A stretch of DNA of 64,000 bases from Azolla caroliniana (lineage: Eukaryota; Plantae; Polypodiophyta), in the NCBI GenBank assembly GCA_043228905.1, contig JBHGNT010000013.1:10850001-10914000 (forward strand), given 5' to 3'. Position numbers and translations under genes: made by a program. Positions 13,580 through 26,031 of the stretch are shown piece after piece. The stretch's first letter is position 1. Each line of letters starts with the position of its first letter. Under the pieces are notes generated by a model. The model was not told the DNA's origin. It did no database searches and was given only the letters and a program-made list of their open reading frames with translations.

Positions 13580-14084
13580 TGTTATCCTCTCAATAACACG
13601 GGTTGGATACCTTATCACAAGATACCCTTCACCAAAGATTGTGGTCAGAGAAATGGTAATAAACTGAACCGTAATTAGTTGATGGGCAAATCGGCAACAA
13701 CCGAAATGGCTTATGAACAACACAACCCTTAATTTATGAAATCAAAATATAACATACGCACATCAAAACACGAAGTTCACAGACAATGTATAGCCAAAGG
13801 ATATCTCTGTATTAAGCATCCCCTCTACAATAAACATGCCCCCTTTATATAGGAAAAACATGGAGTTACAATGCCATTCGACACACCTTTTCAAATCTAC
13901 AAGTTATAATGACATCCCTTCAGATATACCTTTTCAGATCTAAATTATAATACCTCGTTTTGGATCTACTATTATCTATTTACATTTTACTATATTTCAG
14001 CAAAAATTATTTCAGTTATATCTAATTCGGCTTCGGTTCCATACTGCTTTTCGGTCATTTGGCTATAAACCCCTATGGGTAACA
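13580..14084 (-). mobile_element. solo LTR
   Basis: TGTTA...TAACA ends, flanks TCTTC/TCTCC (4 of 5 match), and CCTATATAAAG on the minus strand near 13850. Confidence 0.7.
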
Positions 14085-14890
14085 TCTCCCTCTCAGATTT
14101 TATGGGGAAGCTCTAAAATATACTTAGTTTTTCTTTATTTTCCATGGTATTCCTCAATGTAGAAAGAGAAATTTGGGAGGAATAATTGCTCAGACAGAGC
14201 ATATAATCAAGAGAAAAAGGATGAATCATCATAATACCGTAAGCTCAAGGGCATTTTGGGGAAAGGTTGTAACATTGGTTTGAGAGAAAAATGGGCAAGT
14301 CACTCTTTTCAAATCTATCTTTCCACATCACATTCCATCTCTATAAAAAATATCAAAATAAGAAAAACAAAAGAAAATACGCAGATGAAAAAAAACCTTA
14401 CTTGCAAAAGGTTAAACAACGAGAGGTCAAACGGAGACAACAACGCATGAGGTCCAAACCGAGAGGAAAGGTGTAGAGGTTGCCATAAGCATAGCCATAT
14501 TGTGGGGAAGGACCTTGGATTGGGGGGGGGGGGGGGGGGGGGGGAGTGTTAAGTATCTGGCACGTGACACAATACTTGTGAAGATCTTCAACAAAAGACA
14601 CTTAGTGTAACCAAGATTCGGAAAACGGGGAATAGAACACACCAAAGAAGAAACAATGTAGGCCAATTGGCACCCTAGTGAAAAAAGAGCACACTTGCTT
14701 TGTCAAAAGCTATAAAAGCCATTTTATGGTGAATTTTGTAGTTCTTTCACTCTTGAGATTTCTCTTTCTATTAGCAAATTAGAGTTCCTCTTTTATTTCC
14801 TTAATTTCTATGAGAGATAAGAAATATTAGGGTTATTGACTAAGTGAGCTAAACCCTAATCTTTACCTTTTGTATGTTGCTAAACCTCTT

Positions 14891-16040
14891 TGTAGTAAGG
14901 AGAGTGGTTAATAGACATGGAGAGTCGACTAAGAGAGAGTCGACAATAGATGATCAAAGTCAAGGACAAGAGCGACTAGTCAGGCCGACTGGATAGTCAG
15001 CTAGTCAAATAGACTAGTCGATCAGTTGGATGATTAACGACTATCATTATTATTAGATAATAATAATAACAACTATATTTGTAAATAGCCCATACTGTGT
15101 ATAAGTATAAATACACCTAGGGCAAACTTTATGAGTGAGTAGAACACAACGAAGTGCTCTGTAGATAGAGAGTGAGAGAAGAAGAGTGATGCATGAGAGA
15201 GAGCTTGTGCGCAGACACATTCAAAGAGGTACTTGTTGTCTGAACCCTAAAGGTAATACTCTGTTGCGCAGAGGTTGTAATCTTGTTTCCTTCTCTTGTA
15301 TACCCACTATTATAGTGAATATATGTTCTCTTGTGGTTTTTCCCCGTTTTAGGGTTTCCACATTAAGCTTTGTGTATTTGTTGTTTTCGCGTTCTGTTTG
15401 TACATTTCAGCATATCTTCCTCACATATCTACGATTAGATCTCCACATGTTGCTCATGAGTAGTCTTCCCCCTTCTTGGGAAACTTTCGTCACAACTGTG
15501 TGCAATGCGTCGATTGCAATAGTAAAATATTCCGAAGTCACCAGTGCAATCCTAACTGAAGTAGCTCGAAGAAAATTGTTTGCAAACAATTCGGCTAGTG
15601 ATGCCTATGTAGTACAAGGTTCTACCGACTGATTGAATAGTTAAGGAAGAAGTTCTTCCCGACCGTTGAACAATCAATGAAGTTAGAGCACGTCTCAGGA
15701 CAATCGAATCTGCAACTATTGCAAGAAACCTGGACACATCAAGGCCGATTGTCGCGCCCTCAAAGCTAAGAATGATAAAGCTCAGTGAGCTGATAAGAAG
15801 GGTGGCTGGCATGAGTAAGTCAACTACGTCAACTCTTCAGACGAAATATTGATGAATGACCCGAATATCCTTTTTATAGAAAAATCAGGCGAATCAGAAG
15901 TTCTACTTATGACTGAGGAATCGAGCACATGGCTCTTGAATTCGGGTGCATCCTATCATGTGATCCCTCATCGATCCCAATTTCGGCAAGATTCGGCCCG
16001 ACACTCCGACTCAGTCAGAGTCAGAAATTCCCAACATTAT
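14891..16040 (+). mobile_element. degenerate copia remnant (partial LTR, gag and protease)
   Basis: Copia LTR motifs (TATAAATA, GGGTTTCCAC), gag LLMSSLPPSWETFVTTVC, zinc knuckle CNYCKKPGHIKADC and protease WLLNSGASYHV. Confidence 0.8.
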
Positions 16041-16059
16041 TGACCGTTGTTCCTCTTAT

Positions 16060-17070
16060 CACACCAATTTGTTGCTTTTGACTTTTGGATCTTGTGCCTT
16101 CTTTGTTGATTGATTTAGGTGCGTGCACCTAAACCATACATATTTTGCTGCAAATCTACCATTTGTTACAAAAAATCCTCAATAGAAGCCCATTTGAGGG
16201 ATCCTAACTCTTGCCCAACCCATTGAATAGCTTCCTTGGTTGTTTGTATTTGAGACTTCCATGATTCCATGTCAGATTTCATAGGGTGTTTCTCTATGTC
16301 TGATTCTACCTTCGTCTCCAACTTTGTTTTTGTAATATCTCGCATATGCATTTGGGGTTTGCCTTACAGCTTTGCAAGGAGTCCGGGTCGATATACCGCT
16401 TGAATACGGAGCATGTCCACTCTTGATAGCAATGGCCCCTCCCGAACCCATTACTACCGTAGATGTAACCAGGACGTCCCGGGAGGTCACCCATCCTAGT
16501 ACTGTTCTGGCTCAAACACACTTAACTTGCAATGCTTAAAGCATCCAAACAACCACAAAACTCATGGCATGTGAGTTGCCAAGGTATGTACATTGATCCC
16601 CGACAAGTGGTTGGCGGTCACCTGCAAGTGGATGGTATATCGATTGCAAACGTCACACCAGTTACAAGCGTGAACTACACAACCACCAGAGGCCCGTGAT
16701 TAGTAGTCACCTCATGACGACGGGTTCTACGCTCAGGTGTGATCCCTCCATAGTATATTAGGGTCACACTTTAGGGTTTGTCTTACGGATTTGCAAGGAG
16801 TGTGGGTCGATATACCGCTCGAATACAGAGCATGTCCACTCTTGATAACAATGGGCCCCCCTGAACCCATTACTACTGTAGATGTAACCAGGACTTCCGG
16901 GGAGGTCACCCATCCCAGTGTTGTTCTGGCTCAAGCACGCTTAACTTGCAATGCTTGAAGCATCCATCCAACTTTGTTTTTGTAATATCTTGCATATGCA
17001 TTTGGGTCGCATGATCTATAAATGGCAATGACCGACATAGGGTTGGCATATGCGTCTCAATGATAATCTG
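16060..17070 (-). pseudogene. C-terminal fragment of a MULE transposase, interrupted by a 5S-bearing insert
   Basis: IIETHMPTLCRSLPFIDHATQMHM matches IIERHMPHLCGSLPFIDHATQMRM at 37040-37115. Confidence 0.75.
16357..16966 (-). mobile_element. 5S rRNA-derived repeat, 1.5 units of 419 bp (Cassandra-TRIM-like or SINE3-like)
   Basis: Two copies (16462-16546 and 16881-16965) of AGTTAAGCGTGCTTGAGCCAGA..GGATGGGTGACCTCC..GGAAGTCCT, matching the plant 5S A-box/IE/C-box region. Flanked by a 40-bp direct duplication. Confidence 0.8.
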
Positions 17071-17429
17071 ATTTTTTTTTTCCAAAACAAAATATCCTTC
17101 CATTAGTTATAAAGAAAGGTTATAACAGTTCAACATACAAAGTATTTTTTCCCAAGCCCGTCTTGTGTATAATGGCTGAGGAAACAAATCTATGTACTCC
17201 AACATAGAGAAAACAATCCAACATACAATTTATTCCCCAGACACATTGCAAGGTATCCATATCCATTGATAACAACAAAAGTAGCTCAATTCATAAAGAA
17301 ACCCTCTCAGGTCATAGTTATGAGCCATTCAATACTTCTTCAACCTATACATCTCGGATTTGAAGAAGATCCACTACTTTGTTTGGTTTTTCAAGAGAAC
17401 CACTATTCACATTCGTGATTGTAAAGTCA

Positions 17430-18687
17430 ACAACTATGATTCCTCTTTCCACATCAACCATCTTGCCGGGTTACACCAAATTCCTGTACATACAGGTCAT
17501 TTTCACCACTACATTGAGTAGAAATCGAAGGGTGGTCATTTTCACCATTGGCAAAAAAATCTCATCGAAGTCGACGCCATATTGTTGTCGGAAACCCTTC
17601 GCGACTAATATGGCCTTATACTTGGCACAGGCAAAATCTGACATCTCTTTGAGTCAATAAACCCATTTGCATGGAAGAACATGTTGGTTTTTCAGTAGTT
17701 CGACTAAGTCCCATGTCTTACTGTGATGGATGGAGTTAATCTCTGACTCCATCGTTGAGTGCTAAGTGGCCAAGTCGGCACATGTCGATGCTTCTTCGTA
17801 GGACGTGGGTTTGCCAACGACAATGAAGAAGATTCCAGGAGAGTACCTCTCTGGAGGCTACGACAGTCTTTCGAATCTCCTTGGTATGACTAGACTAGCC
17901 TATTCGGGTGTCTGGGTCAGATGGTCTAGACTATGGAGCCAAGGCATTCGGCTATGTCAAATTAGTTGATTCGGTGCTAGAGTTTTCGGCTACCCGTGAA
18001 GCCGACCTCGTGTTATGGGTTGGGCCATCATGAAGGGCTGGCACTTCCGAAAAAGTTGCCCTTCAGACTTCAATAGGCCTTTCGGTCGTCTTATGCATAG
18101 CCAACTTGTTGAACCCGATGTCCGAACTTCAGACGATTTGTTTGTTCTTGGGGTCCCAGAGTCGGTATCATATCTCGTTGTTTGGTCCATAGTCGAGGAA
18201 AATGGATTTCCTGGACCTCGGTTCAAGTTTGCGGCGGTCGTCTTTTAGTATGAGGGTGTATGCCTCACATCCGAAAATCCTCAGCTTGTCATAATTTGAC
18301 TTGCTACCAGTCCATAATTCCTGAGATACTTGAAGTCCTAGAGGCCTACTCGGCGACATATTGATTATGTGGCACAACTCTTCACAATGTTCTACACTTT
18401 CTGTTCAACACTCTACAACAAGTTACATAAGTTTTCCCTAGGTGTATTTATACTTATACACATTCTGGGTTATTTACAAGTATGTCTTGTATTATTATTA
18501 TCTAACAATAACACTAACAGTCGATAATCAGTTGACTCGTATGTCGATCGTCCAGTCGGCCCGACTAGTCACTCGTGTCTTCAACTTGGATCACTTACTA
18601 TGTTGTCGACTACTCCTTGTCATCGACTATCGGCTCTCACTCAACCGAACAATTGGCTCCTCCCACAGGAGGGACATATTCCTAACA
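17430..18687 (-). mobile_element. internally deleted, degenerate copia element
   Basis: LTR starts TGTTAGGAATATGTCCCTCC at 18687 on the minus strand. INT C-terminus LRIFGCEAY..RRKLEPRS and RT N-terminal fragments (YGVDFDEIF) follow. Confidence 0.8.
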
Positions 18688-18729
18688 CCTATGTCATATC
18701 CAACACATGCAATGATGATGCCATTTGAT

Positions 18730-21700
18730 TACCTAACCAATACTCTATTAACCTAACCCGGGGAGTGTAATTTTCTAGAACCAACCCAGGCTATGCTAAC
18801 CTAACCCGGGCAATGTAATTTCCTAAGCCTAACCCAAACTCTACATACCAAACCCGGTCCTTGTAATTATGTAAAGCGAACCCAATCCTTTGAACCTAAC
18901 CCGACGAGAGCACCTAACCCAAAACTTTTGACATAACCCGAGGTTCGGTCCTAACCTGAAATCGTGGTGCACCTAACCCAAGCACAACTACAATGATGTT
19001 AAATCCCTACACATTTACTTTTTTCCCCTATTTTTGAATATTTCAAGCCTGCGCTCAACCAACGACACTTCCACTTGGTAAGAACTTTCTTCTTTTCCTC
19101 ATATGTATTTATCTTTGTTTAGGGATTAGGAAAGGTATGGTGAGTTTCATATTGAGATTTGTAACTTCATTTTTATCAATATGTTGTGTATGCATGAAAG
19201 ATTGATTGAATAGTTCAACCTTACAATCCCATATAAGATGCAAAAGATAAAGTGGAGTGTCATTTACTGTTGGGAATTAGGAACACAAGCTAAAAGACTA
19301 TGGCTGGGAGTTTGGAAACTACAATTTGAGGCTCGGGAAGACCTCTAGGATACATAAATCTCAACATTTCTTGATCGAAACATGATGCTCGAAAAGCTAC
19401 TTCTGGTGCAAAATCATTGGCATTAATGTTGACATTAGGAGCGTTCACATTAGCATTACCAAGCATCGTGGTTGATCCCAATCCAATCGAAGACAAAGTT
19501 GTGCTATTTGAAAGAAATTTGAAAGCAAACCTTAATGGCATAACATTGTCTTATTAATGCAAAGGTAGAAATAATCACAATACCTCAATATTTGTTCTTC
19601 TCTAGCAAAAGTTTAATGTCCTCTGAACAAGTTTGTAGCTTTGTAGGTAAATTTTTGAACTGTTGAAAGCGATGACGAATAATTTTTAAGTAGATATTTC
19701 TGAACCAATTTGCATAGATGGTTGCTCGGTCCTTATAATTACTTGACATGGATGGAGTTGGGGTGAATGAAAACCCCGGTGAGGAGAGGTGTTATTCAAA
19801 TTCATTTATAAAAAATGTGATAGTCATAAAAGGTTGTAATGAATGTGTTCTATTTTCTCTCATGGTAGCAAGGTTTACATATGAAGGAGTATAAAAACCA
19901 ACCATTCAAGATGGATGGAGGCCCAAAACAGAATGGTGGGGGCAAAGTCTTTAGAAAGTGTGGACACGCGAGCCAACAAACCCAGTGTGAGCCAACAGAT
20001 GCTGATGTGACTCCAACAAGTAAGGGTTTAGATCAGGCTAATTGATACAAATTTTTTTGTTGTAATGCGTATTATACATTACGGACACTATGAAATTAGG
20101 TGGAGTTGACACCATCCCAATCTTCAAGTCTGTTTGAGATCCAATGGGGATCAAATGCTGAGTATGCATAGTTGTCGAGTCGTGTCGAGAAAACCCACGA
20201 TGGTTTCATAAGAAAGTGGATCTAGAGGCACAATTATGGAAGGAACGTGGCATTAGGACCGTGCTTCCAAGAGGGTTGAAGATAGTGGACAAGGAGGAAG
20301 CATTGTAAGGTAGTCCGAAATACTTCAAACAACTACGAACGAGAAAGATCAAGCAAGCACTTTTTCAATCCTGTCGACCTCCTACGCCTTGCGATTGCAA
20401 AGTGGGCATGCCGTGTTTTGGCCCTTCACAACTTGTAACTTCATTCTATTTTTTGCCATCCCATATTGGGCTTGTACATTCTGTTATATTACTTCTCGAT
20501 ATTGTAATTGGGTTACTTGTAAGTTGTAACAACAACACTTGCCTCTCGATATTATAATATTGGTTCTTTTGTCAACACTATATGGGACGTGTAAATTCTA
20601 TTATTTTGACTCTCAGTATGCCCTTCATGTATTGTAATTTTCCGGTGTGTAATTTCCCCCACAATATATTGTTTTTTACACAGTACAAACCAAGACTAAT
20701 TGATAAATTCTTGTACATATTGTAGCTTTTTTCGTGCATATTAAGCTATAAACAATCATTCATATGTGTCACTTCTTTATTTGTGCAAACATAAATCTGT
20801 CAATAATAGTGCAACAAGATTATAATATATTGATGTTGATAAATCGGGATGATATGTTGTATATTGTCACCTAACCTGGGACAATAATGTATGTTTACAC
20901 CTAACCCAGGAAAGAAATGTATGTTTGGACTTAACCTAGGATAGAATATTCAAAAGGGACCACGAAGGGTGCACCTCTCATAATCTTAGCATAGAGGCCC
21001 ATGAAAGCTCGACTCATGCTAAAAAATGAGATTGAACTCTACTTAAAGTCATCACCACATCTAAGGGTATCATATGTAGAGCAATGGCAGTCAATCATAT
21101 TGCACACGCATGGGGGTACATCCCATCACCCACTCTCACAAACTCTTAAAGAGTTAAAGAAACACTAGGCCATGGATCTTTGTGATCATGGAATAGCTAG
21201 TGCATACGTAAAAGCACTAATTGACCTATGTGGATGTCAGTTAATACAAAAGGTGAAATCTATTAACATATTGCGAAGATGACCTAATGTAATAGAGTGT
21301 TGCAAAGATGATCTTTTTGACGTTGGTTGTGCAAGGCATGTTGCATGGATTTGTGAGTGTTGTTCAACGTCGGTCTGTCGCTTTGAATGTGGCTTCAAGC
21401 TCCGCAAGGAAGGCATGAAAGTTGTCTAAGAGTGGGGATGAGGTCTCGATCAATGGCGCAAACCACGCTTGTGCCAGGATGGAGAGTAGGGTGCCAACGA
21501 GGCCGACCCGAGAGAAATCGCTAGCATAATGTTGGGGCTGTAAACGGATGATAAGCTGAATTTGATTGATGAAGCTGCAAAGATGCGATGAAGAAGCATA
21601 TCGCAAGTCCATTAGAACTTGTTTCTTTTAGTTAGACGTGATAAGTCCGATGGGCTGAGTCGTGTTGAGTTTTAGGCGTGCACTTTTTTTTGTGTGGATA

Positions 21701-21830
21701 GAGAGAGAGAGATCGAACGATCATGATTCGAAATGTGACCTACACCACCGTTTGTGACCGCGATTTCGTGACCAAACCTCATTTTTATACGATTTGGTTA
21801 CAAATGGTAGGAATGAGCAACATTTAGAGC
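18730..21830 (+). mobile_element. non-autonomous Mutator derivative
   Basis: CCTAACCC(GG) motif clusters at 18730-18980 and 20870-20940. Segments 20955-21350 and 21582-21620 are homologous to the transposase N-terminus (34440-35200). The right end, 21700-21830, is homologous to 38060-38189. Confidence 0.65.
21364..21580 (-). pseudogene. Tcn1-like gag fragment embedded in the MULE derivative
   Basis: FINQIQLIIRLQP..SRVGLVGTLLS..AQAWFAPLIETSSPLLDNF matches the gag at 30750-30920. Confidence 0.85.
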
Positions 21831-23397
21831 TACATACATACATATATGATATACATCGTGGTGTCTAACTACCACCAAATATTTATGAGGGCAAGTGAGG
21901 GAATCACGGAGAGGGACGGTGCAAGTCGCTAGATGAGGGCACGTGCGATCTGCACCGTCCAATTTGGATGAAGAAAAAGCGCGAAAAAGCGCGCCATTAA
22001 AAGTCCAATTTTTGAGGAGCCCGTCTCATTAAAGAAGGAGAAAGGGAGCCTAACTCATTAGTATATGATTGAGTATAAAAACCCATACCTGTCATTTTTG
22101 CTTGTTTACAAACAGGTAGCCAGAGGTTTAGGGTTTAGGGTTCTTCAGTGAGGCGCACCACCTGCTGTCCGCGAGCACCTGTTGTCCTGTTGTCCAAAGG
22201 TATGTATCATATTTCTTGTCTATTTATGAATTGATTAAGATTTGTGTGTTCAATTTGTGAAAGCTCAAAAATCTCATCCTATGTACTGAAGATGACATGC
22301 CCATGTATTTTTCTCTTGGAATTGTTGGAGAAATTTTTTTATATGATATCTATCCTAAACGAGTCTTTCTAGCCGTTAAGTTGATTCACAACGTTTCTAT
22401 GTACTCGGTTTTTTGATGAATGAGGAACTACTTAGAAGGCTATGCATGCTAATGTGACAACAACTATGTTACTTAAAATCCTCCATGAGATAACAATAAT
22501 GTTCTTATGGTGTATCCTACTCCATTTTGTATTCAATCAACCCAAACAAAAATAGTCTTCTCCAGTTTTGGCCATGTTGCAATACTTCCTTCTCAAGTTG
22601 GTGACTTACTCTTGACAAACTTAGGTAATTAGAAAAAACCTACACAAAACATAGATTCCATTTAATAGTCCATAAACTCCTCAATATCATAATACGGTGA
22701 AGGATAGGATCATGATGAAATTGTTCTCTCACATAATCTGAAGCGTTTAGATTGTCCGTAAAATATGATGATGAGCTTCTCTATGAGCATGGCATAATCA
22801 TGTAATTGTTCTCTTGCATAGTTTGAAGTATGATAGGTTAAGTGTTTAAGTTGTCCACTAAAGCAACCACAATGAGCTTCTCTATGGGCATAGCATAATC
22901 ACGGTCTTGAAGCCCCTTTATAAATTCTTCTTGTCTCTACATTTGGTTGCATTCTTAATGTTTGAAAAGCTTAACATTGGAAGCAATGAAAGTGATGTGA
23001 CTATTATCCTTATAAATGAAGGGGTCAATCTTTTGCATCAATTTGCTTTATAAAAACCATTCAAGTTAGTTTGGGATGTCTTATAAAGTAAGATTGATAC
23101 AATTAGTAGTAATTCTAAGTTATTTTTAGATGTCCAAATATGATCGTAGATCCATTGGTGGTTTTTGAAGATGGCACGTGTTTTGTACAAATGGCTAGTC
23201 AGTCCAAGACCTTCATAGACTTTGATGCAGATTGGGGTGAAACAATACCCTATGAAGGGAGGTATGGCCTGAATCATTTCTCAACTATATATTGTGTATA
23301 AATAGTGATGTTTGTGTGCTAACTTGAATGATGGTTTAGGTTTTTTATAAGAAAGGGTGCTAGGTGCCCCAAATCCAACGATATGGATGTTGACAAT

Positions 23398-24124
23398 TGT
23401 TAGGAAATAGGTCCCTCCGGATGAGGACTACTCGGCTACAAATGACCCGGTGAGAACCGGATGATGAAGACCCGGTGAGAACCGGATGAGGAGTACCCGA
23501 CTACGGATGACCCGGTGAGAACCGGATGATGAAGACCCGGTGAGAACCGGATGAGGAGTACCCAGCTACGGATGACCCGGTGAGAAGCGGATGATGAAGA
23601 CCCGATGTGAACCGGATGAGGAGTACTCGGCAAGAGCCGGATGGTGAAGGCCCGATGAGAAGTGCTCACCGGATGAAGGGACATATTTGTAAATATGTTT
23701 CTGAGAGTCCATCAGGGCTATATTTGTAAATAGCCGAAAAGTCATACTAGTATAAATATGACTTAGGGCAAACTTTAGTGATATATGAGTTGTTGTCATT
23801 CTTGTTGATGCAAGACTAGAGAGCGCGTAACAGTGTACAGAGAGAGAGAGAGAGGAAGAGGTCGTTGCCTCTGTTGTAACCGCCGCCTGTGGCGAAGATC
23901 GTGAGCACGAGGTTGTTGCCTCCATGAACTCACTGTTGTAATCATTGTGATCATAGTTCTAGCCATACGTCCCATTCATGTCATACTCAAACGCCAATAT
24001 TCGTATCATACTCATACGTGAAAAGGCTCCAAGTATGATTGAAATCCATACGCGGTACATAGATATATTATATATACATATGGTGTATATGGTGTACATA
24101 GTGTGTGTGTGTGTGTGTGTGAGG

Positions 24125-24173
<49 letters not shown>

Positions 24174-24737
24174 TGTGTGGTCTAGAGAGAGAAGCCATGT
24201 TTTGCATGTGTGAGGAGACAGTGATTGAGTGTATATCTAGACTCTAGAGAGAGAGAGAGAGAGAGGAGCTATGGGTTTTGTCTGTGTGAGGGAGTATGTA
24301 ATATGTATATTAGATATCTAGATTTTGTAGAGAGAGAAAATCTGTCAGTTCTCGTGTGAGAGAGAGAGAGAGTGTGTATGTGTGTCAGATGTCACTTCTA
24401 TTCACAAAATATTATGAATATCAAAAATTAAAGAAACAAAAAAAAAGTCAAAAAAAAAAAAGCCAAACGAATATCGCGTATCATACGCGTACGTTTGCAA
24501 ACGTTCGCGTACGTCCAGTAAATTGGACGTACGCGAATATTAGGAACTATGATTGTGATATAGTGATAGTTAGCAGTCAGTGGACTGCCGTGGTTTTTTC
24601 CCGTGTTTGGGTTTTCCACGTAAACATCTTGTACACTTCTCTCTATCGTGTTGAGCTTTCATTCCCTGTTTTCTGTGTTTTATTCTAGGCTCAGTTGTGG
24701 CCGAGCGTTGTTCATCGGGAGCGTGTAGTTCCTGTCA
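23398..24737 (+). mobile_element. copia solo LTR interrupted by a hAT MITE
   Basis: Runs TGTTAGGAAATAGGTCCCTCCGG to TTCCTGTCA, with CCGG tandem repeats at 23440-23670 and TATAAAT at 23751. The TSD is degenerate (ACAAT/AAAAC). Confidence 0.8.
23952..24551. mobile_element. hAT-type MITE
   Basis: TIR CATAGTTCTA / TAGGAACTATG with a perfect 8-bp TSD ATTGTGAT (23944-23951 and 24552-24559). Confidence 0.9.
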
Positions 24738-26031
24738 AAAACATCATTACTGAAGACTCGAACATGGATACGAACCCCATACATGACGTGGGGCCAGGTG
24801 TTGAAGATATCAGTGTAAATGGTGAGTTGATGTACATTCTTATAATCATTATTGAAGTAAGTATATATTGGGTTTTTCTAATGCAAATGTCACACCATTG
24901 TTGTAGTGGACCCTATGTCCCTCTTCAAGGCGGGAAGAGACTCGATAGGTATCAAATGTCACACATGTATCGTTGGAGATTCATGTAGAAAAGAGGTACG
25001 ATGGTTTCACAAAAAAACTGACATGGAGGCTCACTTACAGAAGGCATATGGCATCCGTGTAATACTGCCTCGGGGGCTAAAGATAGAAGAATAAGAGCAA
25101 TCGACCTCCATGAGGAGTACAACCATGTCATTCTTCAACCACTACAAAAGACAACGATCAAGAAAGCGTTTTTTGGATCGGGAGCTAAAGTACAACAAAT
25201 CCCGCCAATCACACATGAGGACGTTGAGGACAAGAGCGATTAAGATCTTCAAAGCCACTCTAGACGCACTTCGAACATCCAAGGAGGCCGATTTCATTTC
25301 CCAATTCGTCAGCCAAGAGATGGGTATGACGAGGGAAAGGAGCATAGGATGGCAAAATTGAAGTTGAAGATTGTGGTTGGGTCTGAAGCTTATGTAAGTA
25401 TGGTTTATGATTATGTGTGCATCTTATGTGAGTCTAAATCTAGTGTGTGAATGATTATGTGTGAATCTTATATATGAATTTTAATGTAAGAATCATGGAA
25501 TTCCCATGCCAGAAGATGAGGCACATGTCGAGATCGATGGTGGTCAAAACCAATTGTCAGAATCAACAACTCGACAACCAAGGAGGCCTAAAATCCAAAT
25601 CCGCAAGAAAAAAGTGGACCCTGGTAAATTGTCGTTCATTACATCATCTGACACAGATGAGGGTGTTGACATTGGGATTGTCTTTGTTGGTCTTGGGACA
25701 ATCACGAAAACATGGGATAACACAACAAGAAATAAGTTCACTAGGTACGTCGTTATGGTGGGGGCATGAGATCAATAGTTAACTTCATGTTTTTTTTCGT
25801 AGTTACTAATCTGGCCTAATAAACAGGTTTCAGGTGGCTTGCCGACGACTATATCTAGCGGTCTTTTTGATGGAGGTAGAACTATGTTCGTTGTGCATTG
25901 TAGGGGAGATGGCATCCACATGGATGATGACCCTCTTCCACTTATGGATGGAGTACTCGTTGCCCCCCGAGATCAACAAGCAGTTTCATATTGTGGATCC
26001 ACTATGGGTACAACTAGAAGGCCAAAGTGAT

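Noticed and set aside
14522-14544. G23 run as a special G-quadruplex element
   Set aside because: It sits just before GAG-TGTTAAG and is most simply an expanded polypurine tract of a decayed LTR element or a homopolymer error.
16464-16666. TGTAAC...GTTACA as the LTR ends of a TRIM
   Set aside because: GTTACATC is simply the homologue of the 5S 3' end (GTTGCATC), and there is no adjacent PBS or PPT.
16462-16965. Bona fide 5S rRNA genes
   Set aside because: About 30 nt of the 5' half is missing, there are several substitutions, and no T-run terminator follows the 3' end.
21807-21846. A 40-bp TSD of the large MULE (repeated at 38166-38205)
   Set aside because: Homology extends leftward into a diverged IR-like region (21700-21800), so it is better explained as the right end of a second related element.
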